Positions 26,961 to 36,382 of a stretch of DNA of 64,000 nt are shown piece after piece. A program made the position numbers and the translations under genes. Numbering within the stretch: position 1 is the first letter of the stretch; every line of letters begins with the position of its first letter. The notes below the pieces were generated by a model, which ran no database searches, was not told the origin of the DNA, and saw only the letters and a list, made by a program, of their open reading frames with translations. Source of the stretch: a virus (lineage: Duplodnaviria > Caudoviricetes); the IMG/VR virus record IMGVR_UViG_3300029288_000056, positions 233,329 through 297,328 of that record, one strand, 5' to 3'.

Positions 26961-27663
26961 GTTTAACCTTCCTATGTTGTTCTATGGATGTTCTAATTGT
27001 TGCGGAGCACATCTCGTCTTCTGTTGAGCCATCATTAATACAGCCACCATCACGACACAATGAAAAGCAATACGGAATGTATTTGTCGCCCCAATTATCA
27101 AGGTGGACATCTATTCTTATACCTTGCTTTTCCGTGAGGGTTCTCGCTGGGTCACCCCTCCTATGTTTACATGTCCACGTAGGTAAGCCGTCCGCATTAG
27201 TGAGTTCTAGCGGAGCCTTTGTATGTTCCCACCAAGTCTTCCAAAAGCATTTAAATCTATCATAAATGATCTCTTTTAGAGCCTTTTCAAATTTCTGCCG
27301 AGGCTCTAAGCTTTTATGCCATTCTAAAAACATGAATCTAAGTTTATAATCACGGACATTCTCACACTCTATATCGCTAGGAACTATCTCAACATTATCA
27401 ATTCGCAATTGAGACATCTCTTTAGTCATGTAAACTTGGAAGTCTTCATAATGAGATTCGTCCAAGACCTTAGAATACATCGTAGTATTACTGTACTTCA
27501 CAATGTTTTTAGGATAAATAACCCTGACGCCAACCTTCCATTTATCAGGCAGTTCAATGATATCATCCTCAACATCTGCATTGTGGCCTACAATATTCTT
27601 TGCCAGTTTTAATACGTCATCCGATACGGTCTTTTTATTCTTGCTTCCTTTTTTACGGCCCAC
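26809..27663 (-). CDS. Hypothetical protein
   Basis: 284-aa ORF with basic N-terminus MGRKKGSKNKK. Confidence 0.65.
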   Translation of the reverse strand: MGRKKGSKNKKTVSDDVLKLAKNIVGHNADVEDDIIELPDKWKVGVRVIYPKNIVKYSNTTMYSKVLDESHYEDFQVYMTKEMSQLRIDNVEIVPSDIECENVRDYKLRFMFLEWHKSLEPRQKFEKALKEIIYDRFKCFWKTWWEHTKAPLELTNADGLPTWTCKHRRGDPARTLTEKQGIRIDVHLDNWGDKYIPYCFSLCRDGGCINDGSTEDEMCSATIRTSIEQHRKVKHAKRDGALVGEEDKSDGDNRDNNDGSKRKSRRTKVRDGKKPSRGRRCSSS

Positions 27664-27869
27664 TACTCACCACCTACAACAAAATTCATTTTCATAGCTT
27701 CTCCGCTTTCCACTTTATCAAGTTCTCCATCGTAGTTGATGAAATAAATCACACCATCAATCTCCCTCAAGAAAACATTTACCTTTTGTGTTCTTGCGAG
27801 ATTTATCATGTTTTCCTGAAGATAAAACGTCACTTTTTCCCCATTAACTATTGCATACCAAAGCTGCAT

Positions 27870-27942
27870 TTGCGAGAGTGGGATTCGAACCCACAACTTT
27901 TGGAATATGAGTCCAACGAACCACCTATTGTTCTATCTCGCT
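27870..27942 (-). tRNA. tRNA-Met(CAT), possibly initiator type
   Basis: AGCGAGA/TCTCGCA with 1:72 mismatch; arm TTGGA-CTCATAT-TCCAA. Confidence 0.9.
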
Positions 27943-27943
27943 A

Positions 27944-28183
27944 TTAGTGCCCGCGATAAGCTTCGAGAGCCCATCTACCACTGATGTCCAGTTCTACTAC
28001 ACTGTAGTGCTCCCCGAAGTCCTTGTTGTTCTGATCAAGACCGGCCTGAAGCTCATCACACCGAATCTTTGCCGCATCAAGATCGTCGAACAGTCTGTCC
28101 GCGTAGAGTGCCGCGATCTCGGGAGTGGGAGGACCACACCATCCGTCGAAACCGTCGTAAAAGTCCACAAAGTATCTCTGCAT
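27944..28183 (-). CDS. Hypothetical protein
   Basis: GGAGG RBS, promoter at 28222-28227. Confidence 0.65.
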   Translation of the reverse strand: MQRYFVDFYDGFDGWCGPPTPEIAALYADRLFDDLDAAKIRCDELQAGLDQNNKDFGEHYSVVELDISGRWALEAYRGH

Positions 28184-28230
28184 TTTAACCTCCAATGTTA
28201 TTCTAACATACCTTCTAGAAAAGTCAAGCG

Positions 28231-28413
28231 TTATTTTATAAGGTCGTTGAGAGAAATATCTGACTTAGCCCATTGTTCAGCTAGTTTGGCTTCTAACTTG
28301 GGGTTCCTATCTCTTATACCATTATAAGTATGATCTAGAATAGTAAACGCCTTACCTAATCTATGATTATACGTATCTTCCGGCATTGCTAAGATCTTCT
28401 TCTTATTCATCAT
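28231..28413 (-). CDS. Hypothetical protein
   Basis: MMNKKK start after GGGG RBS. Confidence 0.5.
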   Translation of the reverse strand: MMNKKKILAMPEDTYNHRLGKAFTILDHTYNGIRDRNPKLEAKLAEQWAKSDISLNDLIK

Positions 28414-28505
28414 ACACCCCCTATTATTTAGTCTGCATTTTCCAAGCCGCAATGATTAGGATCTGATTCCAAACAATCACCTTCTTTATTTTATCTGCTT
28501 TCGCG

Positions 28506-28883
28506 TCACCCATCCCTCTCCTCCTCATATAGCCAGTCTAGCCATGACTTATCATCATCACCATAAGTTCTATCGCCGCAAGATGGAATTTCTATACTAA
28601 AAACCTTCTTACCATCAGTTACAAACCTGTTACCAGTCCATTCGTCATCAAAGGGCCAGTATTCTTTTGTTGTGTTGCCGCACTTATCTGGTTTTTCCAG
28701 TTTGTGATATTCATTTAGTTCACAATAAGCATGATCGCATGATGTATTTACAAACTTACATCTATAACAAGCCTCTTTGCCATAATCATACCCCTTGTAA
28801 GCCAAGTGTAACATCTTACATTTAGTTGAGATGGCGTGCTTTTCTGATTCATTCAAGTACCTGTAGTCCGGTAGCTCTATCAT
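28506..28883 (-). CDS. Hypothetical Cys-rich protein
   Basis: 125-aa ORF. Confidence 0.6.
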   Translation of the reverse strand: MIELPDYRYLNESEKHAISTKCKMLHLAYKGYDYGKEACYRCKFVNTSCDHAYCELNEYHKLEKPDKCGNTTKEYWPFDDEWTGNRFVTDGKKVFSIEIPSCGDRTYGDDDKSWLDWLYEEERDG

Positions 28884-29071
28884 TATTCTCCTCTAAATAT
28901 AGTTCTTAACGTATACTCGCTGGCAGGTTCGCACCCCATCAACCCCAGCATCAGGGTTGTTTCCTTAAGGTGTAATTCTTGGCTACATTTACAGCAATAG
29001 TCTTTGCCGTCCAGCTCTTCCCAAACTTGGATCGATTCGTCGCAAACCGAACATCTCGTTCTACTTCTCAA
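28883..29071 (-). CDS. Small zinc-finger protein
   Basis: CSVC...CCKC. Confidence 0.55.
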   Translation of the reverse strand: MRSRTRCSVCDESIQVWEELDGKDYCCKCSQELHLKETTLMLGLMGCEPASEYTLRTIFRGE

Positions 29072-30360
29072 TCTCTAAAAACTCTCGCCAAAATTTCATC
29101 TACATGACAAATAAAACGGTCAAGGTTAAATATTTCCAAAACCTCATCATCACTCAATGGTAGAATATCATTTATAGTCTTTATCAAGGACTCGTTGGAT
29201 TCAAGAGCCGCAAATGCTGCTTTTTGTACAATCCGATAAGCATCTTCACGGCTAAACCCCTTTTTCAATAAGTGCATAAGAATACTTTGGCTTTGATAAA
29301 TATCATTACTAAGGTTTATATTATTTTCAATATTATCCTCATTAACAACTAGCCCATATATAAGTTGGGCGCATTGATCTATCATGTAGTCAAGCAAACA
29401 AAATGCGTCTGGGAATATAACTCGTTCTGCGCTGGAATGGCTAATATCTCTTTCGTGCCAAAGTACCTGATTCTCCATCGCAGTTTGTGCGTAACCCCGC
29501 ATCAGTCTTGAAAGACCACTGATGCGCTCACAAACAATTGGGTTGCGTTTGTGAGGCATCGCAGAACTACCTTTTTGCCCCGTATTAAACGGCTCTGCTA
29601 ACTCTCCTATTTCTGTATGTTGTAACAAACGGACCTCAGTAGTTAGTCTTTCAAAACTACCAGCAAGTACTGCCATAGCGCACAACACGGCGGCATGTCT
29701 ATCCCGAGTTACAATCTGATTCGAGATAGAAGCCATAGGTATGTTGAGTCGTTTCCCGACCGATATCTCTATTTCGGGGCTTATTTGACTGTAATTACCT
29801 ACCGCGCCACTAATCTTTCCAACTGCGGCACCTTTTATTGCGATAGCAAGTCGTTCTTTGCCACGTTTTATCTCATCCCAACAGAGTGCTAGTTTAAGAC
29901 CCAATGTTGTAGGCTCAGCGTGAACGCCGTGTGTCCTACCTATAATGGGCAGATGAGCGTATTGAACTACCTTTCGTTTAAGCACATCTAAAAATCTGCA
30001 TAAGCCGTTATTTAAAACATCTCCGGCCCGTTTAATAGTAAGGGCCAGTGCGGTGTCAAGGACGTCGGATGACGTTAACCCTAGATGAAAATAACGAGCG
30101 GGTTCCCCGGCAAGTTCTGATACATGAGTAGTAAATGCGATCACGTCGTGTTGGACTTCGCTCTCTATCTCGGTGATACGACTAACATCTAAGTGACCGT
30201 CGCACGCCGCTTGAATAGCATCAGCACAACCTTCTGGCACATTGGGCGTCAACTTCTCGTGAGTGCGCAATACCGCTAATTCAACATTCAGCCATGTGTC
30301 AAACTTGTTCTGTTCAGACCAAATCTCTTCCATTATTGGATGTGTATATCTTTTTATCAT
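29068..30360 (-). CDS. purB: Adenylosuccinate lyase
   Basis: HDVIAF, HLGLTSSD, GRTHGVHAEPTT, GSSAMPHKRNP, HERDISHSSAER. Confidence 0.97.
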   Translation of the reverse strand: MIKRYTHPIMEEIWSEQNKFDTWLNVELAVLRTHEKLTPNVPEGCADAIQAACDGHLDVSRITEIESEVQHDVIAFTTHVSELAGEPARYFHLGLTSSDVLDTALALTIKRAGDVLNNGLCRFLDVLKRKVVQYAHLPIIGRTHGVHAEPTTLGLKLALCWDEIKRGKERLAIAIKGAAVGKISGAVGNYSQISPEIEISVGKRLNIPMASISNQIVTRDRHAAVLCAMAVLAGSFERLTTEVRLLQHTEIGELAEPFNTGQKGSSAMPHKRNPIVCERISGLSRLMRGYAQTAMENQVLWHERDISHSSAERVIFPDAFCLLDYMIDQCAQLIYGLVVNEDNIENNINLSNDIYQSQSILMHLLKKGFSREDAYRIVQKAAFAALESNESLIKTINDILPLSDDEVLEIFNLDRFICHVDEILARVFRD

Positions 30361-31013
30361 ATCGTCCTTAGTTGGTTAATTTTACTTCCATCCCACGTAT
30401 GTTCGTCGAACTCAATATCGAACTGCGGGTGCTTTAACTTACCCCTCAAATAACCGTGTTTATTGTAGCGCTTCACGATTATACCTTCTGACATTCCTGA
30501 ACCGTAGTTTGAGACTTTAGGGATCAGATCAAACAATTCCTTAGGCTCGTAGTTCCCCACTGAAACAAGAGGGACCTGTTCAAGACCGTACTTGATGCAA
30601 AAAGCGTTTCGTTCATCATAATCCAAAAAGCGCTTTCCATCCCAAACATCAAAGGCTAGGAAGTAAGACGGAAGTTTATCGTAAAAGAGTGTGTGAACAC
30701 AGTACAACCACTCACCGTAAACCAAGGAGCCGATTGGAAGTTTCATAAGTTGGTTAAAATTCTCATACATGGCCCACGCTAAAAAGCGTTGGTACTGTAG
30801 ATGTTCAGACTGACCCACGAGGCTTCCGCGTTTTTGGAGGTGGAGGCCCTGTTTGTGCCGTATGATCCCGACATTCGCGCCATCCATTTTCTCCTCAACC
30901 ACAACTCGCCCAGCCAGAAGTTGAGTAACCTCTTTGCTAGACAGAGTGAATCTGCCCGCAGCAGGATACTGTGGGACAGATATGCGAAAAGTTTTATCGT
31001 AGTGTCTAAACAC
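30357..31013 (-). CDS. ATP-dependent RNA ligase (Rnl2-like nucleotidyltransferase)
   Basis: EEKMDGAN motif I, YGEW, FLAFDV, EGIIVK; no OB domain. Confidence 0.85.
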   Translation of the reverse strand: MFRHYDKTFRISVPQYPAAGRFTLSSKEVTQLLAGRVVVEEKMDGANVGIIRHKQGLHLQKRGSLVGQSEHLQYQRFLAWAMYENFNQLMKLPIGSLVYGEWLYCVHTLFYDKLPSYFLAFDVWDGKRFLDYDERNAFCIKYGLEQVPLVSVGNYEPKELFDLIPKVSNYGSGMSEGIIVKRYNKHGYLRGKLKHPQFDIEFDEHTWDGSKINQLRTI

Positions 31014-31017
31014 TAAT

Positions 31018-31305
31018 TTATTCCTCTATCAGTTCAAGTTCACTTTCATGCACGAGTTCGCCCATTCCACAAATCTTACCGTAGAATACCTCGTCTTGTC
31101 TGGGGTTATCATCCGGCAGGTTGTCAGAGACCGAGCGCATGGCATAACACAAACATGCCGGGTTACCTTGCTGCCAACCCCACCAACCGCCAAATATGCC
31201 TCTGTGCTCACCCTCAATTATTATAACCGGGTGTGCTTCACCATACTTGTTCTTGAAGTACTCAGAATCCGTTTTGATTCTATATTGCTTTCGTGGCTCT
31301 ATCAT
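31018..31305 (-). CDS. Hypothetical protein
   Basis: 95-aa ORF, GGAGG RBS. Confidence 0.65.
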   Translation of the reverse strand: MIEPRKQYRIKTDSEYFKNKYGEAHPVIIIEGEHRGIFGGWWGWQQGNPACLCYAMRSVSDNLPDDNPRQDEVFYGKICGMGELVHESELELIEE

Positions 31306-31318
31306 TGTTCCTCCGTTG

Positions 31319-31945
31319 TTAGTTTTCTAATTCTTTATAGTAGTTAACATGCCCATCGATTGCATCCCTAAAATCATAATACACCACACATCTAGGATCG
31401 CCTTGAGCGACTTGGTTGAACTTGTTTAGCCACCAATCACTTACCTCAAAAATAGCAGCCTCTTTCTTTTTACTGGTTTCTTCAATCTTAACCAAGTAGT
31501 TTTTATCGCCGCGCGATCTTAGAAATATAAGCATGGCATAATCATTGTTGTTGAACCTATCCTTTAGAAAACCCCCATCAGCTTTGGATATATCATGAGT
31601 CTTTACGGCCTCGTCATAAAGCATAGAGGCGTCTTGAACTAGTTCCTCATATACTTGCCGATCCTCAGCGGTGATGTTCCCAATTTCGTCCTTAAAACTC
31701 ATCTCAAAATCATAGTCGCGAGGATTCCACTTTTGCTTACCGATTATAACTTTTTCTATGTACGCCTTGATGTGGCTTGGGCGAACGACCACTCTTGTCC
31801 ACTCGTCGGAATCGTAGCAAATCCATCCGGCAAAATCCTCCATGTTGACCAATTCTCTTTTACCATTAGGTAGCCGAATTTTTACCCAATCCCGATAAAC
31901 TTCGTAAGGGTATTCCTGTCCTTCTATATGGACTGCTTTACTCAT
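31319..31945 (-). CDS. Hypothetical protein
   Basis: 208-aa ORF. Confidence 0.65.
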   Translation of the reverse strand: MSKAVHIEGQEYPYEVYRDWVKIRLPNGKRELVNMEDFAGWICYDSDEWTRVVVRPSHIKAYIEKVIIGKQKWNPRDYDFEMSFKDEIGNITAEDRQVYEELVQDASMLYDEAVKTHDISKADGGFLKDRFNNNDYAMLIFLRSRGDKNYLVKIEETSKKKEAAIFEVSDWWLNKFNQVAQGDPRCVVYYDFRDAIDGHVNYYKELEN

Positions 31946-32151
31946 TTTGCCCCCAGTAAATTACTATCTACTCCATAAGGGCAGAGGTTGGATAAAGCAT
32001 AGACACATTGTTCCCCGCCGAAACATGCAAAACTTGAGGCTGGGTTCTTAGGATTATCATTGTCGCGAATAATCGCACAGTTTTCCTTAGACCCTCTTGA
32101 CTTAGCATCATCAAGATATCTACGCTGACCTTTTGTCATTTTACCCTCCAT

Positions 32152-32243
32152 CAGGACCGCTAGGACTCGAACCTAGAGCCTCCAAGGGATTACTCGTCAG
32201 TAATCCGTTTAAGGAGCGGGCTTACCATTAGCCCTACAGCCCT
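32152..32243 (-). ncRNA. tRNA-like RNA with expanded anticodon arm
   Basis: AGGGCTG/CGGTCCT acceptor, D arm GGGC-TAATGGTAA-GCCC, T arm CTAGG-TTCGAGT-CCTAG; CTCC..GGAG stem encloses GGATTACT-GACG-AGTAATCC. Confidence 0.75.
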
Positions 32244-32308
32244 TTGCCTTTGAAGGATTCGAACCTTCTAGTTATATGCCGACAATGCATATAACCGCCA
32301 TTAAGGCA
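32244..32308 (-). ncRNA. D-armless tRNA-like RNA
   Basis: TGCCTT/AAGGCA, 10-bp arm GGTTATATGC-ATTGTCG-GCATATAACT, T arm GAAGG-TTCGAAT-CCTTC. Confidence 0.65.
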
Positions 32309-32327
32309 ACCGTTTTAATTTTACTAG

Positions 32328-32440
32328 GGAGATCCGGGTTGTTTACCGGGAGCTCAATTTCTGGTGATATGGCTTCAACGCCTCTTAGCTTTCGCTCCGC
32401 TCCACACATATCTCAGTTGCACCTCCGCAGTCCGTACTGC
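32328..32440 (-). ncRNA. Unidentified structured RNA
   Basis: Nested stems GGAGGT/ATCTCC, GATATG/CATATC, AGC-GAAA-GCT, CCGG/CCGG; begins just after a repeated promoter (32474-32479). Confidence 0.5.
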
Positions 32441-32644
32441 ACGCTCATACATACTATCATAAGTCGCTAGAAAAGTCAAGCGTTTTTTACGTCGAATAAG
32501 GTCGGTTGCTTCCGATTTTTCCATTGACAATCAACACATACATGACGTTTTGCGCCGTCAATAAGACTAAAGACGGTCTTTGCCATGATTGGCACGTCCC
32601 ACGTTTCAACGTGGCCACAGGTTCTTTTAACTTTTACTTTCATT

Positions 32645-32684
32645 TACCCGCCCCATCACCGATGATGGGGAGTTCCAACAGGTA
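32645..32684 (-). promoter_or_regulatory. Structured 5' leader element (copy 1)
   Basis: TACCTG-8nt-CCCCATCA-TCGG-TGATGGGG-CGGGTA directly before ATG. Confidence 0.55.
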
Positions 32685-32691
32685 GATAAAA

Positions 32692-32937
32692 CTATTGTGG
32701 CATTTGCTCTTTTGTTATTTCCATACCATCTACATAATAATTTGTGATGGTAAGCTGATGGTCAGAACAAAAAGCTAGCGCCTCTGCGAATGAATCGAAC
32801 TTTGCTAGACTTTTACCACGATACAACCTCCAAACAACATTATACTGCCAACTTGGGCAATCTAATCCTATCAACACCTCTATTTCTATCATTTCCCCTC
32901 CTTTCACCCCACTGGATTCGATCCACACCGACTTCAT
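32692..32937 (-). CDS. Hypothetical protein
   Basis: ORF with internal GGAGG RBS (start may be MIEIEV). Confidence 0.55.
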   Translation of the reverse strand: MKSVWIESSGVKGGEMIEIEVLIGLDCPSWQYNVVWRLYRGKSLAKFDSFAEALAFCSDHQLTITNYYVDGMEITKEQMPQ

Positions 32938-32949
32938 GGTGGGGTTAAA

Positions 32950-33111
32950 CTACCGAGTCTTTGTTGAGCCGCAGACTGTGCATGTGATCTTCTCACCAGC
33001 GCAGACCGTGTGGACCCTCATTCCCTTCCCGTACTTCGCATCCTGAAAAGGGTACTTACAAGTGCAGGGTCTTATCACACTTCCACTGGGCTTTTTACTT
33101 TGCTCTGCCAT
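32950..33111 (-). CDS. Small Cys-rich protein (53 aa, below ORF-track cutoff)
   Basis: MAEQSKKPSGSVIRPCTCKYPFQDAKYGKGMRVHTVC...CTVCG; AGGAGG RBS and promoter. Confidence 0.6.
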   Translation of the reverse strand: MAEQSKKPSGSVIRPCTCKYPFQDAKYGKGMRVHTVCAGEKITCTVCGSTKTR

Positions 33112-33165
33112 TTCTTATCCCTCCTTATAAATCATACTATCATAGAATACCCCGAAAGTCAAGCG

Positions 33166-34533
33166 TTATCTTTCGGGGTATTTTTGCAGCAACTCCTTCA
33201 GACGTTCGGTCGTATTAAGGCTCGGGTCCTCCAAAACCTGTTCCAAAAGCCAATCCAAAACCTTACCGACCTCTGGCCCCGGCTTCAAAAGCATCATCGT
33301 CATTACGTCAAATCCGTTAAGGGCCAAGTCTGTAATCTTAAACGCAGCCTCGGACATTTCCTGATCCTCAATTCGTCGTGCCAAGTCTGCGAGATCCTTA
33401 ATCTTTTCAACTGCCGGTTCGGTCTCAAGGGCCTGAGCATCAGCCAAAAGAATCTTCCACAAAGACCAAACTCTTTCCTTACCGACTCTGTTGATTAACC
33501 GTCTCACACTGGCGTTAGACCAGCTTCGGTCGTACTTGCTCATGTGCTCCCGAATCAACATCAAGACACTTTCTGTCAAGTCGGTAGGTTGCTTCATTCT
33601 CATCATAATATCAAGGGCCATCTTCTCGGAAGCGATTTCGTGCTCATAGAAGTGAACCGCACCTTCCTCAAAAATGTTCCCACCCTCTACCGTCCTTGTC
33701 AGCGGCTTTCCGATGTCGTGTAGCACCGCTGCCCAACGAAGGTCGAGGTCGTTGTCCACGACGTCGCAGGCAATCATCAAGTGGCCGAAAACGTCATGCT
33801 TATGCCACCTGTTTTGTGTTACACCAGCGCATCTACTCAGCTCTGGAAGCAACAGTGCCAAAAGACCCGTAGACAGAAGCAGTCTAAACCCTCTTGACGG
33901 ATCTGGCCCCACAATCATCTTGTTAAGCTCTTGAGTGATTCGCTCTTGAGCTACGTTTTCCATAACGCCAAGGCAAAGCCTCTTAATAGACTCAAGTGTC
34001 TCGGCCTCGATAGTGAATCCGAGGACCGTGGCAAACCGGCAGGCCCTTAGCATTCTAAGAGCGTCTTCTTGGAATCGCTTACCGGGATCTCCAACTGCCC
34101 GAACGATCATGTTTTGAATGTCTTCCATTCCGCCATGATTATCGAGAAACACGTCTTCGATCGGGTTGTATGCCATAGCGTTGATGGTAAAGTCTCGTCT
34201 CATCAGATCCTTCTCGATGGACTGACTAAATACCACAAAGTCAGGATGGCGCCCGTCAGAGTAATCACTATCTTCCCTAAAGGTCGTTACCTCGATCGGC
34301 CGTTGATCCGTCACTACGGTTACGGTTCCAAATGGTACACCGGTGGCCTTTACTCTATCACCGAAGATATCGAACACCTCAGACCAGCGTGCATTCGTAG
34401 CAATATCCCAATCGTGAACTGGGCGCGCCATAACAAGGTCTCGAACGGCTCCACCTACAAGCCAACTCTCAAAACCGTGTTGCCTCAGAGTCTTACAGAC
34501 CCCAAGAACGTCGTGTGGAATTCTTTCTCTCAT
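33166..34533 (-). CDS. cca: CCA-adding enzyme (class II tRNA nucleotidyltransferase) with HD domain
   Basis: LVGGAVRD, DWDIAT, EVTTFR, DLMRRDFTINAMA, RFQEDALRMLRA, LHDIGKP. Confidence 0.93.
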   Translation of the reverse strand: MRERIPHDVLGVCKTLRQHGFESWLVGGAVRDLVMARPVHDWDIATNARWSEVFDIFGDRVKATGVPFGTVTVVTDQRPIEVTTFREDSDYSDGRHPDFVVFSQSIEKDLMRRDFTINAMAYNPIEDVFLDNHGGMEDIQNMIVRAVGDPGKRFQEDALRMLRACRFATVLGFTIEAETLESIKRLCLGVMENVAQERITQELNKMIVGPDPSRGFRLLLSTGLLALLLPELSRCAGVTQNRWHKHDVFGHLMIACDVVDNDLDLRWAAVLHDIGKPLTRTVEGGNIFEEGAVHFYEHEIASEKMALDIMMRMKQPTDLTESVLMLIREHMSKYDRSWSNASVRRLINRVGKERVWSLWKILLADAQALETEPAVEKIKDLADLARRIEDQEMSEAAFKITDLALNGFDVMTMMLLKPGPEVGKVLDWLLEQVLEDPSLNTTERLKELLQKYPER

Positions 34534-34874
34534 GTTATCTTTCTACTGTCAGACCTCATGTCGACAGAAATGTAATGTCCTTTTTTGTTATAACTTGAGG
34601 TTATGATGTATGTCGTTCCCACCTCATAACCCGCATCTACTTCCCAAGGGATAAAAACCTCAAACGTAATACCCCAGTTTTTCCCTTCAACACCCCACTT
34701 GCAGATCTTGATCGGTAAGCAGTCCTTAAGACTCGTAATTGCGTCTTTCACTTGCTGCTCAATGCCGGGGTAGTCTGATACCAGTACCCCCATATCGCAA
34801 CTGTCTGGCCAAATTCTGGTTTGAAGTTTCGCTACGCCTTCAAAGACAGTGGCCTCTTCTTTAAATATTCCCAT
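34530..34874 (-). CDS. Hypothetical protein
   Basis: 114-aa ORF. Confidence 0.6.
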   Translation of the reverse strand: MGIFKEEATVFEGVAKLQTRIWPDSCDMGVLVSDYPGIEQQVKDAITSLKDCLPIKICKWGVEGKNWGITFEVFIPWEVDAGYEVGTTYIITSSYNKKGHYISVDMRSDSRKIT

Positions 34875-34878
34875 TTCG

Positions 34879-35466
34879 TCACCAGCTTATGTAAATTCTT
34901 GGCTTATATCCCTTAGCTACCAACTCGTCGGCAGCCGCTCCAAACTTCTCGTATTGTTCACGAAGCCACGAGATATCCTTAGATTCAATGTTATTTCGCT
35001 TAATTCTAAATAAACAGTTTCGTGACTTACGACATGATGCATTTTCTGGTACCACGAAGCTTTTTTCTATTAACTCATCTAACCTCTGATGAAAGAGTTT
35101 GGAGTTATAGAACGACCCCGGACCTCCGCCCAACATCAGTGTTCCGTGCTTAGTAAAGCAAGCTACAGAATCAAAGAGAAAGGTTGCATGTATGAGTACG
35201 ATCTTATCGCAATCAAATATGTCGTACCCCACCCTACTTTTATGATATAGGCTAATCCAATGACGAAATGATTTCCATACTTTGAATAATTTTTGAAAAA
35301 CATTCAAAGTGTTCCATCCTTGATTTTCCCAATCACACCAATCGAACAGGTAATGGATTATATCTGCCCTTGCATCTCCACTGTATGAACCCCGCAGATA
35401 TCCCATCTCGTCGTCATGGTTTTTCTCGTCCTTGTAAAGATATACGTCTATTCCCATTTTTATCAC
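34879..35466 (-). CDS. Hypothetical protein
   Basis: MGIDVYLY...GYLR phage-type N-terminus; promoter at 35498-35503. Confidence 0.65.
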   Translation of the reverse strand: MIKMGIDVYLYKDEKNHDDEMGYLRGSYSGDARADIIHYLFDWCDWENQGWNTLNVFQKLFKVWKSFRHWISLYHKSRVGYDIFDCDKIVLIHATFLFDSVACFTKHGTLMLGGGPGSFYNSKLFHQRLDELIEKSFVVPENASCRKSRNCLFRIKRNNIESKDISWLREQYEKFGAAADELVAKGYKPRIYISW

Positions 35467-35548
35467 CTAAAATAATTGTAACAGAAGTGGACTGAAAAGT
35501 CAAGCTCTATTTTTAGAATTAGTTATCCCCTCATCTCTTTCTGTTATA

Positions 35549-35986
35549 ATGGCCTTTCTCAGGGACTTTTTACCTCAACAATTTGTTATAATGAAAGGTG
35601 ATGGCATGGATAATGAAGAAAGATGGAAGGATATCTCCGGTCAATTAGGCGAAATAGCGCTAAATATGGATTATATCAAAGATAGTATGAAAGTAATGCA
35701 TCAAAGAGTAGATCTACAAGAGACCATAGAAAAAAGCAATATATGGATAACAAACAATAGACGTAGTTTTATTATAACATCGATTCTGAGTGGTACATCA
35801 GGTATAAGCGGCGTCGTGTTAATGCTTTTGAAATGTTTTACCGACCTATCGTACCCCATAGACATACCTATTTGGCTATTGTCGTTCGCTGGTGTGTACT
35901 TTATATTCTACAGAGTATCGGTTATGGTTAATAACTACATTGTAGCAAAATCTTTAAAGGAGCGAAATGCTGAGCCCCGAACTTAA
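35549..35986 (+). CDS. Membrane protein (two TM helices)
   Basis: Two hydrophobic segments; start probably MDNEERW. Confidence 0.6.
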   Translation: MAFLRDFLPQQFVIMKGDGMDNEERWKDISGQLGEIALNMDYIKDSMKVMHQRVDLQETIEKSNIWITNNRRSFIITSILSGTSGISGVVLMLLKCFTDLSYPIDIPIWLLSFAGVYFIFYRVSVMVNNYIVAKSLKERNAEPRT

Positions 35987-36362
35987 AGAGCAAGTTGATA
36001 AACTGAAGCCTCTCTTGGAGTTTGAATGGTCAGATGATCAGGTGGCGGCGATCATACTATTGTCTTCCCCTTGGTCAAGCCCAAAGACGGTTTCGGAACT
36101 ACTCGATATAGACTACGAGGAAGTTAGTGAGTGGAAAAAACAAAGCGCCTTCAGCGCTGACCTCAACCGAGTCGCTTCAATCGTACAAATTGCATATACG
36201 GTCTATATTGATCAAGCCGTCTTTAGGGACGCGCAAAGATCTGCATCTCTTGGAACTTCTAAGCATGAGGCGGAAGCAATTAACAGTGCCCGCGACATGT
36301 TCTATCGCAGGCACGGCCTATACAAAGAAAATCGCGATGATATTGCAAAGATAGTACAGTGA
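35967..36362 (+). CDS. HTH protein, possibly terminase small subunit-like
   Basis: Q..A..LL......KTVSELLDID...VSEWKK pattern; AAGGAG RBS. Confidence 0.5.
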   Translation: MLSPELKEQVDKLKPLLEFEWSDDQVAAIILLSSPWSSPKTVSELLDIDYEEVSEWKKQSAFSADLNRVASIVQIAYTVYIDQAVFRDAQRSASLGTSKHEAEAINSARDMFYRRHGLYKENRDDIAKIVQ

Positions 36363-36382
36363 CTTCCTAATATTTAAAGTTC

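Noticed and set aside
32152-32243. Ochre suppressor tRNA (TTA near the loop start)
   Set aside because: No canonical 7-nt loop can be formed, and genes use TAA/TAG/TGA as normal stops with no sign of recoding.
32328-32440. TPP riboswitch (GGTGC..CTGAGA-like segment)
   Set aside because: The downstream conserved TPP elements are missing, and it precedes ncRNAs rather than a thiamine gene.
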